A stretch of 64,000 nucleotides of DNA, taken from an uncultured Actinomyces sp. (GTDB lineage Bacteria; Actinomycetota; Actinomycetes; Actinomycetales; Actinomycetaceae). This document shows, in pieces, positions 1-9,080 of the stretch (position 1 is the stretch's first letter; the number at the start of each line of letters is the position of its first letter). The translations under genes and the position numbers were made by a program. The DNA lies in assembly GCA_938040725.1 (NCBI GenBank), contig CALHZX010000058.1:4254-68253 (forward strand), in the 5' to 3' direction. The notes below the pieces were generated by a model. It did not search any database. It was not told the DNA's origin and worked only from the letters and a program-made list of their open reading frames with translations.

Positions 1-426
1 CACGATCACCCGTCGCACACCCAAAGACCGCGCGGCCAGTACAGCGGGCAAGACACCGCGTACCGGCTGGATACTGCCATCAAGAGCAAGTTCACCCACG
101 ATGACGGCATCCTCAAACGCGGCGGGCGACACGAGACCGGTGGCCAACGCCACTGATGCCGCAATCGACAAATCGAAGGCGGATCCGGACTTCGGGATAC
201 CAGCCGGAGAGAGGTTGACGGTAATTCTCTGGTCCAGCACGTCCAATCCGCACGACTCGAAAGCAGCGCGCACACGGTCACGCGCCTCACGCACCGAGGT
301 ATCGAGCAACCCCACGAGCGTAAACGCCACAAGCCCCACGCCTGCATAGGTCTCCACGTCGACGAGGTGCCCGTCAATGCCGACGACACTCATCGAATAG
401 GTACGAGCAAGCCCCGGTCCCTTCAT
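1..426 (-). CDS. comM: YifB/ComM family Mg-chelatase-like AAA ATPase, N-terminal part (runs off the window start)
   Basis: Not in the ORF track in this frame. Manual translation from ATG 426 gives MKGPGLARTYSMSVVGIDGHLVDVE...VREARDRVRAA...ITVNLSPAGIPKSGSGFDL...GELALDG, the typical YifB N-terminus. ATGA overlap with the yraN stop. Confidence 0.92.
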   Translation of the reverse strand, partial: MKGPGLARTYSMSVVGIDGHLVDVETYAGVGLVAFTLVGLLDTSVREARDRVRAAFESCGLDVLDQRITVNLSPAGIPKSGSAFDLSIAASVALATGLVSPAAFEDAVIVGELALDGSIQPVRGVLPAVLAARSLGVRRVIV

Positions 427-866
427 TGCACACCCCTCAACCACGTCACCTGGGCGCCCAGTACGCGAAGATCCACGGCCTCGTCCATGGCAGCGGGCCA
501 GGAGCTGAGCGCCCGCGCATCCACCGTGATCGCAACGACGTCGATACGCACCCGGGAGGACAAAGGACCATGGGCGCGACACCACGCGCCAGTCAGCCTG
601 CGGAGCCTGGCTATCTTGCGGGGATCGACCGATGCGAGCGCGCTTCCCCGACTGCGCCCAACCCTCGTCCGTACCTCCACCACCACGGTCCACGCCCCGT
701 GCGGATCGGTATCGTCGCGTGCAATGATGTCGAGTTCTCCCCGGCGCCCATCACGCCAGTTCGATTCGAGAATCCGCAGGCCTTTTTCTTCCAGGAGCAC
801 ACGGGCCGTATATTCACCCGCTGTACCCAGTGCCCGACGATCGGGCCGAACGTTGCATCCCATCAT
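423..866 (-). CDS. yraN: YraN family (UPF0102) nuclease-like protein
   Basis: LG..GE..A...L...G.RIL..NWR...GELDIIA...VEVRTR...RIDVVAI motifs; GGAGG RBS upstream; usual position before comM. Confidence 0.92.
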   Translation of the reverse strand: MMGCNVRPDRRALGTAGEYTARVLLEEKGLRILESNWRDGRRGELDIIARDDTDPHGAWTVVVEVRTRVGRSRGSALASVDPRKIARLRRLTGAWCRAHGPLSSRVRIDVVAITVDARALSSWPAAMDEAVDLRVLGAQVTWLRGVQ

Positions 867-916
867 GGATCACCTCCACACCCACAGTGCTCCCAACTGC
901 AAGGACACAACAACGC

Positions 917-947
917 GAAAACCGCCCCCTGTGGATAGGGGACGGTT
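917..947 (-). terminator. Hairpin with U-tract downstream of DUF2469
   Basis: Minus strand aaccgtcccct-atccac-agggggcggtt followed by tt. Confidence 0.55.
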
Positions 948-968
948 CGCAACTAGGCCTGTGGATAG
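928..968 (-). repeat. Two direct repeats CCTGTGGATAG (DnaA-box-like CTATCCACA on the minus strand), 30 bp apart
   Basis: Copies at 928-938 and 958-968. Confidence 0.7.
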
Positions 969-993
969 CCGCGTGCTTCGCGTCAGGCAGCGT

Positions 994-1293
994 TTAGGGG
1001 ATGTCGAGCTCCGGCTTCGAGAGTTCCTCGACGTTCACGTCCTTGTAGGTGATGACGCGCACCGAGCGCACGAAACGAGACGAACGGTAGATGTCCCACA
1101 CCCACGCATCGCTCAGCGTCAGTTCGAAGAACACGTCACCGCCGACCGGGCGGGCCTTTACATCAACGTGATTGCACAGGTAGAAACGCCTCTCGGTCTC
1201 CACAACGTACTTGAACAACCCAATGACGTCGCGGTACTCCTTAAAGAGTTCCAGCTCCAGATTGTTTTCGTAACCTTCGATCTCTTCGCTCAC
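994..1293 (-). CDS. DUF2469 family protein
   Basis: ELELFKEYRDVIGLFKYVVETERRFYLCN...DAWVWDIYR..RFV..VRV.TYKDVNVEEL; typical neighbour of rnhB and yraN in Actinobacteria. Confidence 0.93.
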   Translation of the reverse strand: MSEEIEGYENNLELELFKEYRDVIGLFKYVVETERRFYLCNHVDVKARPVGGDVFFELTLSDAWVWDIYRSSRFVRSVRVITYKDVNVEELSKPELDIP

Positions 1294-1347
1294 GAACCCA
1301 TCATGCCGGGCCAGGCCCCAAGCACCGCGGTGCCACCCCGGCGCGCC

Positions 1348-2019
1348 CTACTTTGTGGCCTGCGTCGGCATCTTCCACGAGCGGCGATGATGATCCGAGA
1401 CACCGAGGCGCGCGATAGCGCGTGCATGCGCTGCAGATCCGTAGCCTTTGTTCGAAGCCCACCCGTATCCCGGGTCGTCGAGCCCCTGCATCAGGTGATC
1501 ACGCGCAACTTTCGCAAGAACGGACGCGGCGGCCACAACCGCGCAGGAAGCATCAGCCTTCACCTGCATACGCACGGGAAGTTCACGCCCGAAAGGATCC
1601 TCGGGGCCATCGATTGTTCCGAAGAGGTCATCCGGGGCGGAGAGCCAATTATGGGAACCGTCTAAGAGAACGCCGCCGGGGACGAGGCCCTGCTCGGCTA
1701 CGTCAGCAAGCGCACGGCGCCCGGCAAGGCGCAGAGCCGCGATAATGCCCCACTGATCGATCTCCTGCGCGGACGCGTAGCCGACGGATGAGGCGAGCAC
1801 CCACGAGCGCACGGGCTCGATGAGGGCCTCGCGCCTGCGCGCCGTGAGTGCCTTGGAATCCGTGAGTCCCTCGGGGACGGGTGGCGCATCGACGCCGATA
1901 AGCGCAACGCCAACGGCAACGGGACCCGCGAGAGCTCCGCGCCCCACCTCGTCCATGCCAGCGACGACACCCCAGCGCCTGGCCAGGGAGACCTCCAGCC
2001 CACGCGACGCTGTGGTCAT
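1348..2019 (-). CDS. rnhB: Ribonuclease HII
   Basis: GMDEVGRGALAGPV, DSKAL, LLDG, AAASVLAKVARD, NKGYG motifs. Confidence 0.96.
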   Translation of the reverse strand: MTTASRGLEVSLARRWGVVAGMDEVGRGALAGPVAVGVALIGVDAPPVPEGLTDSKALTARRREALIEPVRSWVLASSVGYASAQEIDQWGIIAALRLAGRRALADVAEQGLVPGGVLLDGSHNWLSAPDDLFGTIDGPEDPFGRELPVRMQVKADASCAVVAAASVLAKVARDHLMQGLDDPGYGWASNKGYGSAAHARAIARLGVSDHHRRSWKMPTQATK

Positions 2020-2762
2020 GATGCGGAGGGGACGGAGTCAAAGACCTCATGATGCGCGATGTCGGTCGTCCATCGCGACGTCGGCCAGATAACGGCCTGG
2101 ACGGTGCCCACGACCGAGGACACAGGCACGTAGGGCGACTGCCCCGTCCCCATGTGATAACGAGAATCTGCAGAGTTAGAACGATTGTCACCCATCACCC
2201 ACAGGTGCCCTTCGGGAACGACAACGTCGAAGCTACGTTCACCACAGGGAACCTGGCCCTCTGGAACGTAGGTTTCATCCAGTTCAACCCCGTTGACACT
2301 GACCTTGCCGGTCGCGCTCGTACAGGTCACGTGGTCTCCCCCGACGCCAATCACACGCTTCACGAGAGTCTGTTCACCGCCACCGGGGACAAACCCGGTG
2401 AACTCACCAAGCCGACGCAGAACAGAAGGTGCCGCCGTCTCCGACGTACCGAGCCAACCAAGAGTGTCAATAAAAACGACGACGTCGCCACGGCGAACAT
2501 TCGACGTCAACGCGTCGATACGCGAGACGGCGATCCGATCATCCTCAACGAGCGTGTTATGCATCGACGGTGACGGAATCCAGAAGACCTGCACGATGAA
2601 AGCGCGAAGCAGCGATGAAATCACAAGTGCAACGACGATGATCAGAAGAATCTCGCGCAGCCACACGAGCGGGTTACGCCGCGCACGGGCTTCCGCACGG
2701 TCACGATCTCGGAGCGAAGGCGCATGCAACGGTCCGAGAGTCGGGCCTGCAGTCGGGGTCAT
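2016..2762 (-). CDS. lepB: Signal peptidase I
   Basis: One TM helix, IPSPSMHNTL (catalytic Ser), LVKRVIG (Lys), MGDNRSNSADSR. Confidence 0.96.
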   Translation of the reverse strand: MTPTAGPTLGPLHAPSLRDRDRAEARARRNPLVWLREILLIIVVALVISSLLRAFIVQVFWIPSPSMHNTLVEDDRIAVSRIDALTSNVRRGDVVVFIDTLGWLGTSETAAPSVLRRLGEFTGFVPGGGEQTLVKRVIGVGGDHVTCTSATGKVSVNGVELDETYVPEGQVPCGERSFDVVVPEGHLWVMGDNRSNSADSRYHMGTGQSPYVPVSSVVGTVQAVIWPTSRWTTDIAHHEVFDSVPSAS

Positions 2763-2804
2763 GCAATCTCCTTGTCGTTACGTCAACAATCCCAGGATAC
2801 GGCG

Positions 2805-2835
2805 AGGCCCGACACCGGCGCGCGGTGTCGGGCCT
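2805..2835 (-). terminator. GC-rich hairpin downstream of rplS
   Basis: aggcccgacaccg-gcgcg-cggtgtcgggcct, 13-bp perfect stem. Confidence 0.6.
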
Positions 2836-2872
2836 TTCCGTGAAAAATGCCAAGGCTTGAGCCCGGCCGACC

Positions 2873-3229
2873 TCACTCGGCCTTGCCGGAACGGTGTTCC
2901 TTGATCTTCGCAGCCTTGCCGTGACGCTCACGCAGGTAGTAAAGCTTAGCGCGACGCACGTCACCCTTGGTGACGACCTCGATGTGGTCGATCGTGGGGG
3001 CGTGGACCGGGAAGGTACGCTCGACGCCCACGCCGAAGGAAACCTTACGGATGGTGAACGTGGAGGACACACCGTGACCGCGACGAGCGATCACGACGCC
3101 CTGGAAGACCTGGATACGAGAGCGGTTGCCTTCGATAACCTTGACGTGCACCTTGAGGGTGTCACCAGCTCGGAACGAGGGGATGTCATCGCGCAGCGAT
3201 GCCGCATCAACGGCGTCCAGCTTCTGCAT
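2873..3229 (-). CDS. rplS: 50S ribosomal protein L19
   Basis: [27 protein letters not shown]...[10 protein letters not shown]. Start reset to ATG 3229 behind the AAGGAG RBS. Confidence 0.97.
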   Translation of the reverse strand: MQKLDAVDAASLRDDIPSFRAGDTLKVHVKVIEGNRSRIQVFQGVVIARRGHGVSSTFTIRKVSFGVGVERTFPVHAPTIDHIEVVTKGDVRRAKLYYLRERHGKAAKIKEHRSGKAE

Positions 3230-3367
3230 TTCTTCTCCTTGACGCATCTGCCGCAGGTCGGAAGCGCCTGGTTGGGCGGGTCTTGCCCGCTCATCTGACG
3301 TGTGATCGTGCGCCACGGTGTCCCCCTGCGGCAGGATGAACCGCGCACAATCCAGGCTATTATCCCA
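3230..3367 (-). promoter_or_regulatory. rplS promoter (extended -10 TGGGATAAT) and structured 5' leader
   Basis: GATAAT at 3364-3359; two interleaved 10-bp complementary pairs in the leader (see findings). Confidence 0.55.
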
Positions 3368-3401
3368 CAGCCTCGAGCACATCTACCAGTGCGCCGCCGC
3401 A

Positions 3402-4754
3402 TTATGCGGTGAGATCACGCACCATGACGACGTCAAAATTGCGCACGCCTCCCACATCAAACGTACGGCTCGAGCGTTTGCGGAAGCCATGGCGTGTGTA
3501 GAAGGCCTGTGCGGGCTTGTTGCCACGGTTAGTGCCCAGGACGATAGACGTGTGCCCAGCCTCGCCCGCGTCGGCGACGGCTCGCTCGATCAGCGCATCG
3601 GCAACACCGCTCCCCCGCCACTCCTCGTCCACGTAGCACTTGGACAGGTAGGCACTGCCTTCCTCGACGCGCCCGGGGCGCACGAGGTCGCTCGGCAGTG
3701 CCTCCGGTCCGACGTGAGTGAGCACGTAACCGACGAGGCCACCCCAGACCTCAGCGACGAACACGCGGTGACGCTCGGGATCTGAAATAAGAGCGTCAAA
3801 CACGTCGGGGCTCAGCTGCGTGGCGATATGCTCGGCGATCGCCTCCTGGGGCAGGTTCTCCGGGCACGCGGCCGGGAAGGTGCGCGCAGCAAGTTCACTG
3901 ACCGCGACAACGTCCTCAAGGTCAGCCAGGCGCACATCAAGCCGTTCCGCAGCACCCGCCCGCGGATACGCGACGCCGCAGTGGGCCAGAGTCGCGCGGT
4001 CCTCTGCTGTCAGGGACGAGGCGTCCAGCGAGAGCGCGAGATCTGGACGCACGCGGACCGTCTTTTCGATCGCGCGGTCTCGCCGCCAGCGCGCAATCGC
4101 CGCGTGGTTACCACCGAGGAGAACTTCCGGAATGTCGAGGGAACGAAACTCGCGCGGCTTCGTGTACACGGGATATTCGAGGAGCCCCGCGCCCGAGTGC
4201 GACTCTTCGACGAGGGACTCCGGGTTGCCCATAAAGCCGTCGAGGAGACGGGCAACCGCCTCGGTCAGGACCATTGCTGCAACCTCGCCGCCGTTGAGGA
4301 CGTAGTCGCCGATAGAAAACTCGACGACCTCACCCCCCGCGCCTCGGTAATGCTCGGCGACGCGCGCGTCGATCCCCTCGTAGCGTCCGCAGGCGACGAT
4401 GATCTGGTCGGCGTGCGCGAGGTCCTCCACTCGGGCCTGCGTCAAGGGTGTTCCCGAAGGCGTCGGGATCGCGAGGACACGGCGGAACGAGGCCTGTGCC
4501 CCTTCGTCGCAGCTGGGGGCGAGCGGGACGGACAGTACCTCATCCAAGGCCCGGGCCCACACGTCCGCTCGCATCACCATGCCGGCGCCTCCGCCGTACG
4601 GAGTATCGTCGACACTACGATGTTTGCCGGTGGCCCAGTTACGAAGGTCATGCGCGTGAAGGTCCACAAGACCCGTCTGTTCCGCCTTACCCATCAGGGA
4701 CAGACGCAGGGGCGCGAAGTAGTCGGGGAAGATAGAGATCAGATCGAAACGCAC
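3402..4754 (-). CDS. trmD: tRNA (guanine-N1)-methyltransferase TrmD fused to a C-terminal GNAT acetyltransferase domain
   Basis: VDDTPYGGGAGMVM, CGRYEGID, SIGDYVLNGGE, LLEYPVYTKP, followed by GNAT motifs YLSKCYVDEEWRGSGVADALI and N..AQAFY.RHGF. Start reset to GTG 4754. Confidence 0.95.
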   Translation of the reverse strand: MRFDLISIFPDYFAPLRLSLMGKAEQTGLVDLHAHDLRNWATGKHRSVDDTPYGGGAGMVMRADVWARALDEVLSVPLAPSCDEGAQASFRRVLAIPTPSGTPLTQARVEDLAHADQIIVACGRYEGIDARVAEHYRGAGGEVVEFSIGDYVLNGGEVAAMVLTEAVARLLDGFMGNPESLVEESHSGAGLLEYPVYTKPREFRSLDIPEVLLGGNHAAIARWRRDRAIEKTVRVRPDLALSLDASSLTAEDRATLAHCGVAYPRAGAAERLDVRLADLEDVVAVSELAARTFPAACPENLPQEAIAEHIATQLSPDVFDALISDPERHRVFVAEVWGGLVGYVLTHVGPEALPSDLVRPGRVEEGSAYLSKCYVDEEWRGSGVADALIERAVADAGEAGHTSIVLGTNRGNKPAQAFYTRHGFRKRSSRTFDVGGVRNFDVVMVRDLTA

Positions 4755-4758
4755 GAGC

Positions 4759-5271
4759 TTAGTGCCCCTCGCGCTCCGAGACTGCATCATCATCAAAGAG
4801 CCCCGGCGGCGCGTCGATCACGACGACGCCACCCTCGACGTCGACGGTGGGGACCAGCGCCGTCACAAAAGGCACCATCACCGTGCCACGATCAGTGGCG
4901 ACGAGGAGGAGATCCTGAGCAGCACCGGGCGTGAGCCCACTGACGGTACCGAGGACATCACCTGACGGAGTGCGCGCCTCGAGCCCCTTGAGCTCATGCG
5001 GATACCAGGCATCCTCCTCCGGATGAGCATCGACGAGCAGGCGCGCACCACGCAGCGCCTCGGCCTCCTCACGGGAATTGCATTCCTCAAACGAGGCAAG
5101 CACGCGCTCCTTATGGACACGAACGCTCCTCACCGTGAGGTAGCGCTTCTCCCCTGCAACATCCAACCGGGCACCGGGTGCCAGGACTTCGGGGTCATCA
5201 CTGCGCACGTCCACGATAACCTCTCCACGCAGGCCGTGGGCGGGACCGACGATAGCGGCGGTGAGCTGCAT
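4759..5271 (-). CDS. rimM: Ribosome maturation factor RimM
   Basis: AHGLRGEV, AQDLLLV, VPFV..LVP.VD motifs; located between khpA and trmD. Confidence 0.95.
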   Translation of the reverse strand: MQLTAAIVGPAHGLRGEVIVDVRSDDPEVLAPGARLDVAGEKRYLTVRSVRVHKERVLASFEECNSREEAEALRGARLLVDAHPEEDAWYPHELKGLEARTPSGDVLGTVSGLTPGAAQDLLLVATDRGTVMVPFVTALVPTVDVEGGVVVIDAPPGLFDDDAVSEREGH

Positions 5272-5314
5272 ATGTTCTCCTCACGATGAACGGGGACTCC
5301 CCCGAAGGATACAA

Positions 5315-5345
5315 CGAAGGGGCCCGGCAGTACCGGACCCCTTCG
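5315..5345 (-). terminator. Hairpin downstream of khpA
   Basis: cgaaggggcccgg-cagta-ccggaccccttcg. Confidence 0.5.
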
Positions 5346-5360
5346 CGCCGTGTGCGAGTC

Positions 5361-5600
5361 TTACTCGCGATCCGTGTCGACGACGTCAACGCGGACAGTG
5401 CCACGCGTGGACAGCGCACCCATGACGGTGCGCAGCGCGCGAGCCGTCCGACCGCCGCGTCCGATGACGCGACCCAGATCCTCAGGGTTCACGCGAACCT
5501 CGAGAAGCTGGCCACGCCGCATGGAACGAGGCGTCACCTCGACATCTTCGGGGTGGTCAACGATGCCGCTGACCAGGTGCTCCAACGCGTCGGCGAGCAT
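5361..5600 (-). CDS. khpA: KH-domain RNA-binding protein (KhpA/UPF0109)
   Basis: DLGRVIGRGGRTARALRTV KH motif; directly after rpsP. Confidence 0.93.
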   Translation of the reverse strand: MLADALEHLVSGIVDHPEDVEVTPRSMRRGQLLEVRVNPEDLGRVIGRGGRTARALRTVMGALSTRGTVRVDVVDTDRE

Positions 5601-5602
5601 GC

Positions 5603-6070
5603 TCAGGCATCCTCTCCGGCGGCCTCTTCGGATGCCTGCTCGCCGACCTGTGCCTCCGCAGCTGCTGCGGCAGCGGCGGCCTCTTCCTCGGCCTTCTTGG
5701 CGGAAGCAGCGGCCTTGGACTTCTCGGCAGCAGCCTCGGCGTCCTTAATGGCCTGCTCGGCCTGGGCGGCCTTGTCGTTCTCGGAGACCTTCACGCGGGA
5801 AACCGCGTCGGCCTTGCCGTTGAACTTGGCGATGTCACCGGTCAGGACCAGCAGGTTGCGGACCTGGTCGGAGGGCTGAGCGCCAACACCGAGCCAGTAC
5901 TGGGCGCGCTCAGAGTCGATGCGGATGATCGACGGGTTGGGCTGAGGATCGTAGTAGCCGACCTCTTCGATGACGCGGCCGTCACGCTTCTTGCGCGAAT
6001 CGACAACGACAACACGGTACTGGGCAGCGTGGATCTTACCCACGCGCTTCAGGCGAATTCGAACTGCCAC
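5603..6070 (-). CDS. rpsP: 30S ribosomal protein S16 with Ala/Glu-rich C-terminal extension
   Basis: [11 protein letters not shown]..., [35 protein letters not shown]. Confidence 0.97.
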   Translation of the reverse strand: MAVRIRLKRVGKIHAAQYRVVVVDSRKKRDGRVIEEVGYYDPQPNPSIIRIDSERAQYWLGVGAQPSDQVRNLLVLTGDIAKFNGKADAVSRVKVSENDKAAQAEQAIKDAEAAAEKSKAAASAKKAEEEAAAAAAAAEAQVGEQASEEAAGEDA

Positions 6071-6284
6071 TTGAGTGGTCTCTCCATTTCAGATTGGTGT
6101 GGACCTTTGCGTCCCAAGGTGGGAAACACAGGGGTCGCATTGGACCGGGACACGACGGCACGCAGTGAGAGGGTCTACGAACCGCCGGGTACAGCTAGCG
6201 ATTATGCCACATTTCGCACTGATATCCCAAGCCAGGGACGTGCGCCGCGTCGCACGAGTCGGTTAATTCCATCACGCCGGGCGC

Positions 6285-7391
6285 TCAGTCGGAGGTTCGC
6301 TCCCACGCAGTGCTTCCTCCAAGCGTGACGCGAGTGGGCCTCGACAATGCGAGGGGATCGATCCTCGGGTCCTCATTCAGGAAGAGGAAATCAGCGGGAC
6401 CGCCCTCGACGAGGCCGGGGTAACCGAGGTAACGCTGGCTCACCCATGTGGCTGCATCGATGGTGAACTGAGCGGGCGCTGCCCACTGATGCCAAAGTGC
6501 AAGTTCGCCGACGATAGTTCCGTGGTCCTGGTAGCCGCCCGAATCCGTGCCCATCAGCAACAAAACTCCCGAGTTCACGAGCATCTCGAAGTGCTCGCGG
6601 CGCATCTCGTACATGCCCCGCATCGTCGCGGCGTAGACGGGATACTTCTCCCCCGCCTGCGCGGCAAAGTCCTTGAAGAGCTCTACCTGGCGGAGGGTTG
6701 GTGTCACCGCGATGCCGCGCGTGGCAATCTCACTGGCTTGATCCGCATCGATTCCGCTTCCATGTTCGATATCGTCAACACCGGCCTCAATGAGCGAATC
6801 AATGACGCGATGAGAAAACGCGTGCACAGCGATCCTCGCCCCGGCCTCGTGCACGGCGCAGACCGCGTCACGCAGGACCGCGGGATCCCACAGGGGCATG
6901 AGGTCCGACTCGGATCCTCCGCTGCGATCGATCCAATCGCCGACGATCTTCACCCACCCGTCTGAGGTAGATGCCATCGACGCGAGAACGTCGGGAAGCT
7001 CACTCTGGTCCTCAACATCGAGCGGCAGATCGCGCATGTAGCGCTTGGGGCGCGCGACGTGTCGACCACAGCGGATCAGGTGCAGGCCAGTGGCGCGCGC
7101 CGCAGGCGAGTTGTCGAGCGGCACACCGCAGTCGCGCACGAGCGTCACGCCGCTCGCAAGCGTTGCTCGGGCTTGCTCCGCCATCTCGGGTTCGGACACC
7201 GAACCCGTTGCCGAGTATCCGATATGACAGTGGGTATCTACCATGCCGGGGACGATAAAACCGACCGAGGGCGCGGTGCATTCGCTGCTCACGCGACGAA
7301 TCACTGCACCATCCACGCGCCACGTACCGCTCACCCACTGCGGGCGCTCGAACTCGGTATCCGCCCACAGGGCGAGCCCGGAGATCTCCAT
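6285..7391 (-). CDS. Amidohydrolase family protein
   Basis: PGMVDTHCH, GVTLVRDCG, AVHAF, IEHG, GTDSGG metal-dependent hydrolase motifs. Confidence 0.88.
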   Translation of the reverse strand: MEISGLALWADTEFERPQWVSGTWRVDGAVIRRVSSECTAPSVGFIVPGMVDTHCHIGYSATGSVSEPEMAEQARATLASGVTLVRDCGVPLDNSPAARATGLHLIRCGRHVARPKRYMRDLPLDVEDQSELPDVLASMASTSDGWVKIVGDWIDRSGGSESDLMPLWDPAVLRDAVCAVHEAGARIAVHAFSHRVIDSLIEAGVDDIEHGSGIDADQASEIATRGIAVTPTLRQVELFKDFAAQAGEKYPVYAATMRGMYEMRREHFEMLVNSGVLLLMGTDSGGYQDHGTIVGELALWHQWAAPAQFTIDAATWVSQRYLGYPGLVEGGPADFLFLNEDPRIDPLALSRPTRVTLGGSTAWERTSD

Positions 7392-7394
7392 GCC

Positions 7395-8978
7395 TCAGAG
7401 CTGGCCGAGCATCCGCTTGACGTCGTCCGGCAGATCATCGATCGTCGGACGCGCAGCGGGAGCCTCTTGCGCAACGCCGAAGGACGAGCCCTTGGGAGCG
7501 CTACGCTCCGACGGAGGCAGCATGGCTTCAAGCTCCTGCTGACGACGCTTCGCGGGATTACCAGAACGCGCGCTCTTCTTCATCCGTGCACGCTGAGCCT
7601 GCGCCTTACGAGCGTTAGCCTTCTGCTTGGCCTTGCCGCCGCGTCCGGGAAGCGCGCCCATGCCAGGCACGCCGCCGCCCATCTGCCCCATCTGCGCCAT
7701 CATCTCGCGCGCCGCCTCGAAGCGCTGCACAAGCTGATTGACCTCGGTGACGGTCGTGCCAGAACCGCGGGCGATACGCGCGCGACGCGAACCGTTGAGG
7801 ATCGAGACATCCTCGCGCTCGGCAGGGGTCATCGAGCGGACGATGGCCTCCACACGATCCACCTCACGCTCGTCGAAGTTTTCGATCTGCTCGCGCATCT
7901 GTGCGGCACCCGGGATCATGCCGAGCATCTTCTTCATGGAGCCCAGCTTCTTGATCTGCTGCAGCTGGCTCAGGAAGTCCGCGAGGGTCAGCTGGCCGGC
8001 CATCGCCTTGGCCGCGACCTTCTCTGCCTCCTCGGCGTCCATCTTCTTTTCGGCCTGCTCGATGAGGGTGAGAATGTCACCCATGTCGAGGATGCGCCCC
8101 GCCATGCGGTCGGCGTGGAAGCGCTCGAAGTCATCCAGGCCCTCACCTGTCGAGGCGAAAAGGATCGGCGCGCCCGTCACACCGCGCACGGACAGCGCGG
8201 CACCGCCGCGCGCGTCGCCATCCAGCTTCGACAGGACGACACCCGTGAAACCAACACCGTCGCGGAAGGCCGTGGAGGTGGAGACCGCATCCTGGCCGAC
8301 CATGGCGTCGAGGACGAACATGATCTCGTGGGGGCGCACGGCGTCGCGGATAGCGATCGCCTGGTCCATCATCTCCTGGTCGACACCGAGGCGACCGGCC
8401 GTATCGACGATGACCACGTTGATGCCACTCTGGCGGGCGAACTCGACGCCGCTGCGCGCGACCTCGACCGGGTCACCGACACCGTTGCCGGGTTCGGGTG
8501 CCCACACCTTCACACCGGCGCGCTCACCAACAACCTGCAGCTGCTGGACAGCGTTGGGGCGCTGGAGGTCCGAGGCAACGAGGAGGACGGTCTTACCCTC
8601 CTCGCGCAGCCACTTGCCGAGCTTGCCCGCCAGCGTGGTCTTACCGGCACCCTGGAGACCCGCGAGCATGAACACCGTGGGACCAGACTCGGCGAAGGTC
8701 AGCTCACGCGTCGCGCCACCGAGGATCTCGACGAGTTCCTCGTGAACGATGGAGACGACTTGCTGACCGGGGTTGAGAGCCTTGGAGCGGGCCGCGCCGT
8801 AGGCCTTTTCACGCACCTGCGTGGTGAACTGACGAACGACGGGGAGCGCGACGTCGGCGTCGATGAGCGCACGCCGAATGTCGGAAATCGCGTGATCGAC
8901 GTCCGACTCGGTCAGGACGCCGCGGCTGCGCAGGCTGCGGAAGGACTGGGTCAGGCGATCTGACAGGTTTCCAAACAC
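7395..8978 (-). CDS. ffh: Signal recognition particle protein Ffh
   Basis: GLQGAGKTT, DTAGR, SKLDGDARGGAALS, Met-rich M domain with SRRARIARGSG. Confidence 0.98.
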   Translation of the reverse strand: MFGNLSDRLTQSFRSLRSRGVLTESDVDHAISDIRRALIDADVALPVVRQFTTQVREKAYGAARSKALNPGQQVVSIVHEELVEILGGATRELTFAESGPTVFMLAGLQGAGKTTLAGKLGKWLREEGKTVLLVASDLQRPNAVQQLQVVGERAGVKVWAPEPGNGVGDPVEVARSGVEFARQSGINVVIVDTAGRLGVDQEMMDQAIAIRDAVRPHEIMFVLDAMVGQDAVSTSTAFRDGVGFTGVVLSKLDGDARGGAALSVRGVTGAPILFASTGEGLDDFERFHADRMAGRILDMGDILTLIEQAEKKMDAEEAEKVAAKAMAGQLTLADFLSQLQQIKKLGSMKKMLGMIPGAAQMREQIENFDEREVDRVEAIVRSMTPAEREDVSILNGSRRARIARGSGTTVTEVNQLVQRFEAAREMMAQMGQMGGGVPGMGALPGRGGKAKQKANARKAQAQRARMKKSARSGNPAKRRQQELEAMLPPSERSAPKGSSFGVAQEAPAARPTIDDLPDDVKRMLGQL

Positions 8979-9024
8979 GTGTTTACTCCCAAGATGGCGG
9001 CTGTACTAGGCACAGGTTAGCGCA

Positions 9025-9059
9025 CCTCGGCCCCGGGAGTCTCCTCACCGGGGCCAAGG
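9025..9059 (-). terminator. Hairpin between ftsY and ffh
   Basis: cctcggccccgg...ccggggccaagg inverted repeat. Confidence 0.5.
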
Positions 9060-9080
9060 CGCGCGTCGTAAGTGGAGGGT

